DNA of 64,000 bases from Tubulanus polymorphus (taxonomy: Eukaryota; Animalia; Nemertea), in the NCBI RefSeq assembly GCF_964204645.1, contig NC_134030.1, positions 17,692,210-17,756,209 of the forward strand, in the 5' to 3' direction. Of this stretch, positions 1 through 13,315 are shown piece after piece. The notes below the pieces were generated by a model. The model saw nothing but the letters and a program-made list of their open reading frames with translations. It had not been told where the DNA came from and made no database searches. The position numbers were made by a program, and so were the translations under genes. Numbering within the stretch: position 1 is the first letter of the stretch; each line of letters begins with the position of its first letter.

Positions 1-674
1 TTCAAATGCATTAAAGACGTACTTTCAAACTATCGATTAAGGAAACATTAGATTCGGCCTTAAGATAAAATGCAGTTTATAGACTACTTTACAAATACAA
101 GAAATATTCATACTTTGACGATAGAGTGATTTTGAAATGCGAGACTTGAAATATGCATATTTGGGCCGATGTCGAGTCTACACATAACGCTCAGTCTACA
201 CTATACCCACACAGTATATCACAGTTTTTTCATAGTCAACTGGAATTCAGTACTATTGTATATCACTCAGTCTATCGAGGTAAAAAACACTAGGAAGCAG
301 AATGCAGAAAAAGTGCAGTATGTGCAGATGTGCTAATTTATCTAAGGAAGTGTTTATTTTAATATTTAATAAGCCTTATTCAGTACATTTCTTTTTGAAT
401 GACGTTATAAAAACGAGATGTATTGAAGAAGGCTATGGACAGATTATTACAACAAATGAATGGGCATACAAGCGCCACGCATTTTACATTGATTCTGCAA
501 TTGAATAGTTCGGTAGAAATGTCATTTTTTCAAATTAGGGCATCACCAAACTAGAGCTAAGTGAAGTGAACTAAAACTGGTGAATTATTGAATTAAAAGT
601 GGTCCATCAATACTAACCTGTCAGATACATATTTTGCTGCATACTAATCAAATGTCCCGAATTCAGGTTCAAAA

Positions 675-3600
675 TCACGAAACGACGATCTGAAAGAGAA
701 TGTGTGCATGTATGAATGAATAGATCGATCTAGCGTAAAAGCTGACTTCCAAATAGATAGATATCTATCAGTTTGAATCACCGCAATATACATGTACTTA
801 CTGAAGGATTCGGTAACTCAACGTGTTTTTCATTGATATCCTGTTCAATGCCTTCCTGTGCCTTCAAATATGGAAGGTACCATGCAGCAGAATCTGCTAG
901 CTTGACTGTCTTAGTTTCAATGGTATCGAGGAAATCATTCCACCAGTCTTGTTTCTCCTGTGGTAAAAAGCTTTTCCATTTCTCCATATTCTTTTTCATA
1001 TCCTTGATTTCGATGTTTGAATAATTTAAATCGAGCACTGAAGGAGTACCAGTTGGTATACTTGTCAATACTCCACCTTCCATGCAGTGCCATTCCTGAG
1101 TTGATGAACTCCTATAGTACATGTTTATTTGGGATTGATCTTGGCTGTCCCTTCGAAATAGAAATATCCTTGGTTTCGAATGGTTCTTCATGTTGACGAT
1201 ATGTGGAGCAAGCCAAGATCGAATATCCAACAACCCCCCCAACTCGATACCATCGCACAGTTTGAGCAGGCCGGCCATATCGAATGCATCTTCTCTTCTC
1301 AACCTATCGGCATACACGCTAAACAGCTGGTCGATGTCTTCGTGCGTATGACCAACGAAGAGAAAACTCAACTGAATCTGAAATGATTGAAATAGTTCGT
1401 CTTTAGAATTTTCGATCTCATAACCCACACAATAATACGGGTGCGATGTATGGTTCTGAATTCAAGTTATAAGTTCAAAAGATATACCACATGGAAATAT
1501 ATATATGAGACATGATATCTATTGCAGTAGAAACTGCATAACTTGCCAATACATGCAGTTAGTTACAAGTTTGTCGATATATGTAATCTCTACCGAACAG
1601 AGGTACACATAAGTGAGTATTTGCGTTGCTTCTTAATTGAAAGCCTCCATTTATTAGTAGCCTGAAACTAGCAGATTCCTCACCTCGTTAAATATTTTCT
1701 TTTCTACTAGAATTTGCAAGAGGGCTAAAACGTATTTGTTCTTATTTTCGCGGCCACAGTTGTCGGCTTGTAAATACAAATGCGGTGGCAGTTGACCATT
1801 CTAAAAAAGTAAATAAATGAATTAAACATTAAATAAATGAATTTAACATTTCTTTTCACATTTGCTGACATAGAAATGTGTACCGGTATTAAATTGATTA
1901 TATTTGTCTTACCTTAGATATACGCCATAATGTCTTGAGGATAACATTCATCGTCATGTTGCTGTCGTGTGGATAAAGATGATAATCGACATACGACTGA
2001 GATAGTTTATGACCATGACTTATCACACCAGTTATGTGTGTTTTTAGTAAGTTAGTAGCTGTCATGAACTGAAAAGAGAAATACCGGTAATTAGAAAATC
2101 TAGTGCAAAAAGGCTATGATAAATAATGCAGATTAAATATGTTATACAGTGAGTTTTTTTTATTATCAAACAGTTCATTTTCATTGTACGCCATTGGAGG
2201 TTAATTACTGGGGAGTTCTATAGAATTGTTTGTGTACCGGGTAATACAACTGGATTAGATTTATGGGAAATTTGCGATAAATCGTAAGTTAAATGACAAT
2301 AAGGTGGCTAGACGAGTTGCTCACCTTTCCTTTTTCTCCGGCAAAATGTGGAAGAAATGACTTCGTTTGGTCCATACCATCGACTATTAAACTAACGTAA
2401 CGGTTCGGATTCGTCTGCGCTCTACGAACGCGTGCATAATAGGCGAGTCTCTCAGTCCTGAAGCAGAGAAATACATGATGGTTTTTTACGCAAGAACATT
2501 GAAATTATCAAACACTGAGATTGGAACAACATTCCAAGTGCGGTATGGAAATTCAAACAGCCTGCTTATTAGATACGATGAAGATAGCATTTACATGTAC
2601 TTACATTACTGTAGAAATGTGGCGTTGTTTTTCTGCCATTATTTCCTTGCGGGATATCGGGTTCTGCGTTGATTGAAGTAATCGTTGGATTCTCACACAA
2701 TCGTCACATTTCGAGAATGTACTACCCTATAAACATTCAAGCATCATTCATATTAGAAAATGTCAATATATTTTTGAAATATGTAGGCAATAAGTGAAGC
2801 AATAAGTTACCTTCTTGATTTTGACAAATGAGAACAACTCTGACCAGATCCGATAAAATGTAGACTGACTGACATATCTATCATTGCTGTCGCTTTTTTC
2901 TGTTTTGTACTCCCGGTAGAGGTCAATTTTTCGGAATATCTGTGGAAGCCATTTTTCAGTCTTATCAGGAGCAGATTGTACTGTATTTTCCAAATAATCT
3001 GAGAGCCAAGAAGTTGCCTCAACGAATTCAGGGCTAGATTTTCTGATGGATATATTCTCCTGGCATTCTGACTTATCCTGTTTCGACTTGATTTTGTAAA
3101 GTGTCGATTTACTGATGCCATAGACATTTAACCAGCAGCCTTGGCAAACAGAGCTACCCATGACAGTAAGGTTAATGCGCGATGTATTCTGCGTACATGT
3201 TTGCAGAGTGTCCACGATAAACTGATGACGATCCGAAATATTGCGACACCAATAGGATTCCCGCAGGTTCTTTATATCAGCCATGTGCAGAAAATCGGTA
3301 CAATGCTTTTTACAGATCACATGAAGAGATTTCAATAGCGTTGTCGATGATGTTTTTTTGTTAAAAAGACTTTCTTTGGGATATCCTGAAAAGAGATTGA
3401 TGCATGAATAGAGATTATGGAATTGTGTTTTACCACGCGTATCCAATGGATATTTCCAAAATCATTGTGATTTCTCTGTTTTTGATTTTCAACTTCCATT
3501 TCAATATTAGAGAAAATGAAATTCGTGAGAACATTCTTCTTAGAAACGAATAGAAATACATAAAGGAATTGGATATGCTTCTAGTTCCGTTTGATATCTG

Positions 3601-5647
3601 ACCGTCAATAGCCGCAATTTCTGCCGTTAACGGATTTACTGGACTCCGCGTTGACAATATGAAAGCGTAGCTTATCGCCTTTAATTAACTGTATTATCTC
3701 TTATAATTATTGATCGTTTCTGAAATGGCATACTTATACACTGTAAAGGCTATCAGTGAATATTGGGGATTGTCATGTAGGCTACTGCTGTAACATCAAC
3801 AGAAGGAATGGGTTATTTGAAAGTTTAATACAGGCACACTGTCCCTTTTAGCAGAACCTCGAGTGTAAATTTTTCGACGTTTATGGCAGTGGCGCCCCCA
3901 TTGGCGACGGTGAAATATTAGACTACCCGTTTGGTTCTGTTATATTTCTATGGGCTTCATCAGAAAATTCGTTGCAATAATAAAGAGATATGCTTCATCG
4001 GGTTAATGGAAAATATTTTAAAACGATTGAAACCAAACTATGTAAGCTGCATAAATTCCTAAATTGAAATTGCTTATTTTCTCCCCTATTATACTTACTG
4101 CTAGATTCGGCTATACGTGACTTTGAATGAGGAAGGATAAGCGAGCTCTACAGGGGTTGTTGTTGACTATCTGTTAAAAGTGAAAATGAATTCGACATAC
4201 TAAATTGCAAAAGACAACTGCATGTAATGTGATATCAATATTCGGTAATTACAAACGAAACAAAATTGATAATTGCACACTTTTGCTTTCATATTTCATC
4301 ATTATTAGATAAGATTTATCATTCTGTTTAATACCATATTTGATGTTCTCAATATTTGCCGTTTGTAGGAAACCAGAAAAACACTTGAAAAAAACATATA
4401 TTTTACCTGAACTGGTCGCATGTTCTTCAAATTCTATATCTTCACTGCTGTCCATTTCACAACTCGCATTGCTTGGTGACTCTAAAAGTTAATTGGTAGA
4501 AGTGTTCTTTTCTATGAATAAGTTGCTGTAATTAATATTTAGATTATTGTCTGGGGAGGGAAAATCATAATACATATATATCTGATCTGATGACACATTC
4601 TCCAAAAATACTTTGACCATGGGATAAAACTACAAGTATATTTTAGGAAATTTCATTTCACATAGTTCGATCTAGATGTAACAGAAATTATCATTTTGGG
4701 AATATCAAAATATCTACCTGCTCCGGCGCTTTCCTCAAAAACACTTTCATCTAGGATATCGTTCGCCTCAATCGGATGAGAGGGTAAAACTACAAGTAGA
4801 TCCATGAAAAGAGTTGTTTTACATCATGGGTTCATAATCATAATAACATTATTTGGAAAAATTCTTCAATATAATTACCCAAACTGAGGACGCTTTGATC
4901 AAAAACACTATTATCTTCGTTCCCTCCACTCAGATTGCTGGGTAAAACTAAAAGTATATTTCAGGAAAGGTCGTTTACATACAGTACGTGCAGGATCTTG
5001 ATGAAACAGAAATTTCTGGGAATATCAGAATATCTACCTGTACTGATTATGCTTTCTTCAAAAACACTTTCATCTAGGACATTTTTTCCCTCACTCAGGT
5101 TGCCAGGTAGAACTACAAGTACATTTTCGCTAAAGTCATTTACAGGTATCTTGATATAGAATAAGTGTGAATTATCCTATTAGGAATATCAGAATATCTA
5201 CCTGCACTAATGACACTTTCCTCAAAAACACTTTCATTTAGGATATCTTTCGATTCACACGGATTGCCGGGTAAAGCTACAAGTAGAATCATGAAAAACA
5301 AATCATTTTATGGTATGAGTGCATCACAGTTATGTTAATATACATCATTTATGGAAAATTCCTTAGAAAATCTACCTGAACTGAAGACGCTTTCCTCAAA
5401 AACACTATCTTCAACGGCGCTGTTTGTTTCATTACTCGGAATGGCGGTTAAACCTGAGGAGATTGATAACATGCGTTTAAAGTAGCTATCGATACATCAA
5501 TCAATACAGCGGATATTACTCCTAAAACGACAATTTGTAGATGCATAGAAATAGTAAAAAGTAGGTCATGATAGGTACCTGGAGTATGGTCTGATACACT
5601 CAGTCTGGATTTCTTAGGAGTACTAGCAGAAAACATGTTTGTGTCAG
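675..5647 (-). CDS. Multi-exon DDD-type transposase-like protein (DUF7869 / Sola1-related) with a repetitive acidic N-terminus; 5' end not identified
   Basis: GT-AG exons join in frame: 5579-5647, 5376-5453, 5202-5276, 5038-5112, 4879-4947, 4718-4789, 4407-4481, (4099-4170, contains in-frame TAG), 2811-3385, 2605-2726, 2325-2457, 1913-2068, 1684-1800, 802-1377, and probably 675-689. The spliced protein contains VCQGCWLNVYGISKSTLY, FSKCDDC, SLIVDGMDQ, HITGVISHG, LYLQADNCGRENKNKYVL and FLFVGHTHEDIDQLFS, which are typical of DUF7869/Sola-type transposases. The core exons (3385 to 802) have no stops or frameshifts. Confidence 0.8.
4582..5453 (-). repeat. Tandem array of ~160-175 bp exon+intron units (five intact mini-exons, one decayed)
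   Basis: Repeating plus-strand blocks 'tatctacctg...aaaaacactttcat...ggtaaaactacaagta'. Exon boundaries at 4718, 4879, 5038, 5202, 5376. Each exon encodes approximately (V/A)LP.N..E..D..DESVFEES..S. Confidence 0.85.
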
Positions 5648-6039
5648 CTGTAAAATAGAAATTAAGACAAATGAATTACAAAATGATAATATACTTAAAA
5701 AACTGAACTAAATATATTTTCATGCTGTTTAGTGAATTCGTATAGCCCTAAAGTATTTGATGCCGACGAACAAAAATCGCATATTCTTGCGTTTTCGTGT
5801 ATTGGAGCTTTTTATTTCCACCGTCATATTTCTGCTTTTTAAAGAAAGGAAATGATGGAAAAACGTGTGAAATGACTTATTTGTAGAGAAGGTTGCAGGC
5901 TCGTTGACCTCTCTCGCAGTCCGTTACTATATCATCCCTTAAATCTAGCGTATATCAAACTTTTAGCAACTGACTTTGGTGCGCGCGTATCGATGGATAT
6001 GACCGAAAAGGTCACAAAATAATTTCACAAGGCCTGGGT

Positions 6040-6400
6040 ATCATCTATAAATGCAGTCAAATTCTAAACCAAAATTAACTCATCCTCGATCGATGCACTT
6101 GTCCTTCCTCATATAAACATGGTTAATTATCATGGGGTCACTCACCATAAACACAAAAAATATATTTCACTTCAAAAACAACTAACTCGAATTATTACCA
6201 AGCCTAACTTCACTGCCCACTCTGAACCACGCTTCAAATAGCTTATTAAAACTTCTAAAAATAAATGATCTCTACACACTTAAAGCCACTATTCATCTAT
6301 GACACAACCTTTGAAGGAATTGAACTGTGTATAGAGCAGAACAATTCTAGCACATGTAAACAATGACTTACATAGTTCAATTCCCGCTCTACAAAGATAA
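6040..6400 (+). mobile_element. Decayed LINE fragment (CR1/L2/Crack-like ORF2 C-terminal region)
   Basis: Degenerate translation ...ALVLPHIN...SWG...LQKQLTRIITKPNFTAHSEPRFK*...LLKINDLY resembles the conserved post-RT motif LQKxAIRII...AHTEPLFKxLxILKxxDLY. Boundaries approximate. Confidence 0.65.
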
Positions 6401-6449
6401 ATCCAAGCTTAAGTTCGCGTGCTGTAATATGCTTTTTATTTACTCTTGC

Positions 6450-6489
6450 CTACGAGCAATTATCTAAACGTTCAGATAATTGCTCGTAG
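6450..6489. repeat. Perfect 16-bp-stem hairpin flanked by 7-bp direct repeats
   Basis: ctacgagcaattatct-aaacgttc-agataattgctcgtag, with ctcttgc on both sides. Confidence 0.8.
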
Positions 6490-7547
6490 CTCTTGCTCAA
6501 TCTTCCAGTGACTGACCCGTAGTAGTTGTGACCCTGATCTCCGTTCAATATTGCATTCTATCAAATTTATTATTCCAGATTATGCAACTATTCGTTGAAT
6601 TAGTTCCTAAAAATGTCTACGATTGGAGGGTTCGATGTGCTACCCGAGTGAACATTCTCAAATTTGTATCCAAACTTCTTAGTGTCAAGAGGTTGAGAGG
6701 ATTTATTGTCAATGTGTCAGAGCCAAAGTCAGAGCAATTGTTTTGCTAATGTACAAATTGTTAACTGAATAGTTATCCAAACAATCTTAGATGTTCACAC
6801 TGACGAGCACTCTCCCCGGGCTTGAGGCCATGTATTCAAGAGTTGTCTAATAATGATAATCCATTCACTATACTATATACACTGCCGTCCCTAGATATCC
6901 CAACTACACATTTTATAATTCTTATTTGTTTTATAATCCTAGTTCCCCTAGTCTAATGTCCTAGCGTATCATCTAATATTATTCATTCAATCTGAATCTA
7001 AACTAAAAACCCTTATTTGATAACTGTTGGCTCAAAAAGTTACAAAAGCTAGGATTCACATTGAGCTATTCAATTAAATTACTAAAACATTTTGATATCT
7101 TGTATCCATTTAGACAAAGCTAGTTCCCCAAGTCGTATTTTTGTGTTTTCTCATCAACTTTCAGGAACAGTCAAAACAATTTTTAAAACGCTATATATAA
7201 AGATTTCAGTACACGAATTAACCTATGATTTTAATCTGGAAGTTCATGAAATATCTTTCCAATTACACATGTATTTTCATCGAGAGATTAAGAACCTAAT
7301 ACATGTCATTCAAATCTAGTAACAATGGGATTGATTTTCCTTCAAAGTTAGATGTATAATATGACGATGAAAGACTGGGTCTTCATTAGAACATGGACTT
7401 ATAATCTAGTTGATACGTCCATGATCTCAGGACCGATGCTGGGTTATTTCAATACAGAGGGAATGGTGGTCGATTTGATCCAGGCGGCTGCTGGAATATT
7501 CTTTGGATGGGAGGAGCCTACTTAGTTGCATAAGAAAAGATTATATT

Positions 7548-7640
7548 GGACCCAGTTCCACAGTTGAGATGTAAGAGTTAACTCTCGAGTTAATAGTTCA
7601 TAATATTTACTAACTCTACATTTAATTCTTAACTGGGTCC
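7548..7640. mobile_element. Small Harbinger/Tourist-like MITE
   Basis: Terminal inverted repeats ggacccagtt...aactgggtcc with an internal gagttaactc palindrome. Same layout as the MITE at 34663-34789. Confidence 0.5.
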
Positions 7641-10600
7641 AGTGCTTTAGTTTAACAAGTCAACTTTTAGCCAGATCTGTGAAATCGTCAAGGAAGCTAA
7701 GCAACACTTATAGTAGTGGTTTAAATATTTCCCAGACCCTATTCAATACTGCCCGCGGACGGCTCCGCTATGGCTCTTCCACTGCTGCCTTTTATCTTTC
7801 CACAAACAAACTTTTCACATAAAATGATTTAAATGATGCGTGAAATAAAGATTATTTTATAACACATAGACTAATATCACTGGTGCCGTCTTTGCTGAGC
7901 ATTTGTTCCTTTTTACGGCTGACTCATACAAATGATGATCAATCGCGTATCAATGATTTATGTCAGTCTAGATATTTTCATTTATTCAAATGTATTACTG
8001 AAATGTGTAAACATCCTATCCCGGACGCAAAGTTTAACATCTCATAGAAACCCAGCATAGAAGTACACGCAACATAGTATTAATCGGGTCAAATAAAACC
8101 TAGTACCAAATAGTACCCGCTGCTTATCTCAAAACCTTCCACTAATCATTATGATGTTCCACTGCGCCTGATTTGTAATACCAACCCCAAACTAACACAA
8201 AATTAGATATCCTTTTGTCTATTAGTATCTAGCATTTAATTGGAAATTAGTTTGAAAGTTTGTTCAAATTAAAACTAAATTAGTTGGAAAGCGATAAACT
8301 CTTTGTTTTGAAATTTAAATTATTTTTGAAATATCAGTTTAATTTCCGTGTTTTGCCTGAAAAATGCAAGTTCTTATTATTGCCTATATAAAATATATCA
8401 TTTTGAATAACTGGGGCTGCATTAAATATCAACTACTATATGGCTGCGTTTATTCTTTTACAAATACTTTTATTTTCGGAGCCGGTGGCCTAAAGTATCC
8501 ACGCTCCTGTAATAAGAGGAGAATTGTACATTTTTATGAGTAACAATTGAGGTTCATTATTGTAAAACAGACCTCCCGCGACATGCATTAGGTCATCAAA
8601 AAGTGTCGTATGTTGAACGGTCGGGCCTTTATGCTTATGTTCCTATTAAAATAGAAATTCCACTTAGCCCTTTGCCTAAGAGTCCATGAGTGAAGCTAAG
8701 AATGTGTGTAGCTACTCATTTTGTCGCCTTCCTTCGATAGAGGAAATATTCTTGTTGAAAACATATACGTAATAAGCGAAAAAGTTACTTACCTCAAACT
8801 ATAAGTATTAAATTCGTATCAATCCTTAATCCCGATCCGGAGAAACTAAATGATACGGCCGCTCGAATCCAATCTCCCTTCCTTCACGATCTCCATACAG
8901 CTCACTGCGCATTCAAAACAGCCCGCGCATTTACGCTAGATATGTAAATGTACCGATATCACTCATCACCACCCGTAGGCGTATCGTATCACTGGCCTGG
9001 ATTATACATCCATGCTCATACATTTTATGTAAAACAGGTGGAACTTGAAATCTCCAGATATAGCCCAATCGAAGTCACTTTATAGATGTGAGAATAAAAT
9101 CGAATATATGTCAATTTGAAGAGTCTTCAATTCCAACGTTTTAGAAGTAATAAAAACAACAGATGTTGAAACAACTACTGACTTCATCGGTCAATTTGAA
9201 AGAAAATTATTTCTTCCTAGCTGATGCATTGTTTTGTTTTATGCCAATAACATTTTCCAGATTTTGCCGCTGAAATTCCATTACGTATCAAAGTGACAAG
9301 AAATCCCATTTTCCTAGGCCTATGAGGTTACTAAAATATCGAAACTTGAACTGAGATACAATTTGAAACGTAAGCAAAAGTAGAATTACTGCATTGACGG
9401 TGTTGAGATTTTCTGAACGTGCGTTACTAAAGCAAATCATATTTAGATCAACACACTGAGACATTTTTTTGAATACTACTGTTTTAGAATTAGTTTTTGT
9501 CGGGTCTGTTCCGACCTGAGAAATGAAGAATACGACCACACTTTATTAAACCTTGATCGAAAACATATTTTGATACCGAAGTATGTGGACTCCTTATATT
9601 TCTTGAGTTTATATTTCGCTGAGTTTATCAAACCAATGTTGTAGTTGTGGAGATGTATCTGTTGGTGATGAATAAGTTTAGACAAGATGGGATTCGATTT
9701 AAGTATTGGTTTAGACAAGTCTTAGGAAAATGAATTCTAGCTGTGAAAAAAACGCGAACTGGATATTGTTCTTTTTATCGGAAATACATAATGGACATTA
9801 TCACATCTCTCTCAATCAACTTTATAAGACAATTCTTCCGTTTACATATGATCACTGAGGCATAAAGGAATAATTACTGTTATTGTTATATCGTTCATAT
9901 TCAATCTATATTCATGAAAGTAATAATATGTAACAAATTACTAAATCATACACACATTTTAAATTTGACGATATGTACTCAAAAGCAAAAAAAAACTGCT
10001 TACTTTCGCTATTAGACATTTCATTATTTTTATTATTAGCGCTCCGTGAATTCTAGCGATGGAGGCAAAACGTTTCATTATGGACAATATTTTAATATAG
10101 CGATCGAAAAAATTATACGCGAAAATACTGTACTAAAAGCGACCATATATTACGGACCGGGCCCTGAAACTTCACAGACAGATAGAAGGGGGTCTAATCT
10201 AAATATGCAATGCTTAAAATTGGACCATAGACCCCCGCGAGCAGAATCCGACCCTTAGACCCGCGGCCATATCTGTAGTCGAGACCTTCCATATGACTAC
10301 TTTTTGGAGGTTGGCAAGACCTTTTCTAGCAAGCGTTACTTCTCAGATACTTAGAAGGGGCAAGTTATACAACTATAGAAATCTTACTCGCGGGTTCCTG
10401 TGGATGTGAGCCCTATCCAAATTGGAATAGGTTTGTTATACTAAATACATCAGTCACTCTATAGTATTCACCAGTGAATTCAAATTGATGGAACCTCGGA
10501 GTAATCAAACTGATTCAGTCCGATTAATCTAAGATGGAACAATTCCTTTCCTCGATGATGTTAACGATACATATAATTATTTGTACATCGTTTACGGTTT

Positions 10601-11342
10601 ATCCACTTAAGTTTGACACATTTCGTACGCGCTCTGAATCTGTTTTCAAGAACTTTTTGATAAAGAATCAAACATCTTATTTTATCCAAACTGCAAACAT
10701 CCCCCAGACTTTCATATGGTGTAGTTAGAAGAATGATGAAATATCTTTGACTGTACGAGGTCAATCTGATCGTAGACGTATAAATTAGTTAATGTCCATG
10801 ATCTGATTCAAAAGCCCGTCGTCAATTCATGGGCGATAGCAGGCCATTTTAAGCGGTGAGCGGTGCAGCTGAAACGTTGTAGCTGATACATATTCCAACT
10901 TAGCAAATACGGGACTCGATGATAAACGTATTTTGTTTTTTGATCTATTTCTAATACGGCTGTGCGTCAGACAAGATATTCAAGTGATTAATGCAATTGC
11001 TACAAACAGGAAATTTCTGTGTCATTTAAGCTCGGCCCTATCATAAATATTTCATCAAAAGAACAAAGCAAAGTAATACGCATTTTAAGTTAACATCCGT
11101 TCGAACAATTTCCACCAAAATATACATAGAGTATCAGTAAATTGTAATTACGAGTACAGTGATAATGTTCAAAATGTTATCAAAGGAATACGAAAACTGT
11201 TTTTTTTCTATCGAAACTGTGGTAGACGCTTCCTGATCGCTTTTCTGACTCGCCGACGAATCACCAAATTCGATCAAGGCATTTTGATTATTTAATCAAT
11301 TAGTAGACAAATAAATGCAAAATGAAATTTTCTATTGAGATT

Positions 11343-11725
11343 AGGACGATCCGACTATCAAAACTAGATACGACATAATGATAGATGTGTTGTATTGCTG
11401 CAATAGTGGTAGTTTAGCTCAAACTAAGGAATTTCTTGATTTAAAAGACTAAATTATCCTAGGGAAGATTCTCCCGGCTGGACTTGCTACATTGTTGTAT
11501 CCCCTCGCATGGGCACACTAATATTTATACATATGGATATAAAATATTAACATATTTTAAGCCGCGAACGATGAATTCACCAAGTGCTTTAAAACGCACT
11601 GAGAAATAACTTCATTTTACCGGTAAAAATGTCCCGTCAATGAATCTAATTAATCAGTGTATTTAATTGAATTTCAAATGAAATCGGTGATTCGACGATC
11701 TGGTAATTCGGCGAAGTTCAAACTA
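11343..11725 (+). repeat. Dispersed repeat, copy 1 (paralog at ~13012-13315)
   Basis: Shares collinear blocks with copy 2 (gatccg..aaaactagat; tcgcatgg.cacact.atatttatacat; gcggtaaaaatgt-like; ggt.attcgg.ga...tcaaac). Clearly diverged. Confidence 0.7.
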
Positions 11726-13011
11726 AACAACCCTGCCTGGTACGTATGTGCCAGATGAACATTATTGGAGCCTCGGAAACCTGTGCACGCATACGAACTA
11801 TTCCCATCATCCCAGCAACCCAGGGAACTTTTACGAAAACAGATTTAGATATCAGGTCAGCTATACAACATAGTAACGGGCCATATGGTCTGACTAATCC
11901 CTGTGAAAACTACAAGCGAGACTAAAGTACACATACACACGTGTTGCTTCATTTGACAGGTCTCAGCCATCTCAAACCTACGCGAACAATGTTGTTTATT
12001 ACTGAGAAAGAAACCAAATGACATTCAAAAACAAAAAAGGCATAACTCGAACTCCACTAAAAAGTTTTCATCAACGAATCAATAAACTGTCGAACTCGCA
12101 TTTCATAATTGAATACTGCCCTTTTTTCTTGCCGGGATTTAGAATCATTTTCTGATCGGGATTGTTATAAAATAATCTTAAATTTTTTTCAAATTGAAAT
12201 TCAGAGCTGCTGAAGATACACCGTGACACCAGTTCCATCCAGTTCGAGATTAAATATTACTTTTGAGAATTTGATTCAATAAATTGAAAGTTCCTGAAGG
12301 AACCAGATCCTGCACGCACAAATTGATATAATATCTGCCACACATTGAAAGTGAATTGAAGAAGAGTTGTAAGATTGACATGAATACACTATGACTATTA
12401 TTCATTATTCATTCGATCATCGGTTTATCGGTGTATGACATTAGCATATATCTACGATGCATGCGATTGATCTAGTCACCTTTGAGCGGATTGAAAATCA
12501 AGTAACATTTTTTCAAATCCGCCATTAACTGTAGTTTATAAATGAGATTGGCCTCGGACACAGAACGCTATTCTAAAAAATGAGGACCAATCATCACTCC
12601 GAAAACGATAGACTAGATATCGTTTGAAAAACTAGTTTTAAGTCCTTGTTTATACTTAACACCAGATAATAAGAAACCATCCTGTTATGGGTTTAGGGCA
12701 GGAGTTAACGATAAATGAGATAAACATAAACGGATATAATTCAAGGTCCAAATAGATCTAGATATAACAGTTGATTATGAGGAAAAAAGCCAAATTTGCG
12801 GTTACGCAGTTTTGAACAGCTTACATGTATGTTCAAATGTTTGCGTCTATTAAAAATATCGATACGGGAAAAATCAGTATCTATCTTTAAATCATTCATA
12901 TATATATAGTCAAATGTACGGTTCGTTGATAGATAACACAGTAATGCTTATGTTAGTTTTGAAGCCGGTTAAAATAAATAAATACAAAATATAAATTTGC
13001 TATTTAGATAG

Positions 13012-13315
13012 AAGGATGATCCGTATTCTAAAACTAGATCCGCGCCAGGCCCCGTTGGACTTAAAATTTGATACAGTTTTGTACCATCATAGACCGTCGC
13101 ATGGCCACACTTATATTTATACATTGGGTATGAAATATTAACACGAATAACATTTCTAAACCGTGAACGATTTCCCCAACGTGCTTTTTAAACGCATTTA
13201 GTAACAAGTTTGTTTCACTATAGCGGTAAAAATGTTAACAAATTGCATTAATCAATGTATCCTACTGAATTTCAACTGAATTCGGCGATTTGGTGATTCG
13301 GAGATATTCAAACAC
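13012..13315 (+). repeat. Dispersed repeat, copy 2 (paralog at ~11343-11725)
   Basis: Same collinear blocks in direct orientation, ~1.6 kb downstream of copy 1. Confidence 0.7.

Noticed and set aside
50-6040. TIR pair (ggcctt at ~56 and aaggcc at ~6029) delimiting the DUF7869 element
   Set aside because: The match does not extend beyond 6 bp and there is no TSD.
7352-7525. 57-codon plus-strand ORF (MYNMTMKDWVFIRTW...)
   Set aside because: Short, no recognisable motif and no convincing splice partners.
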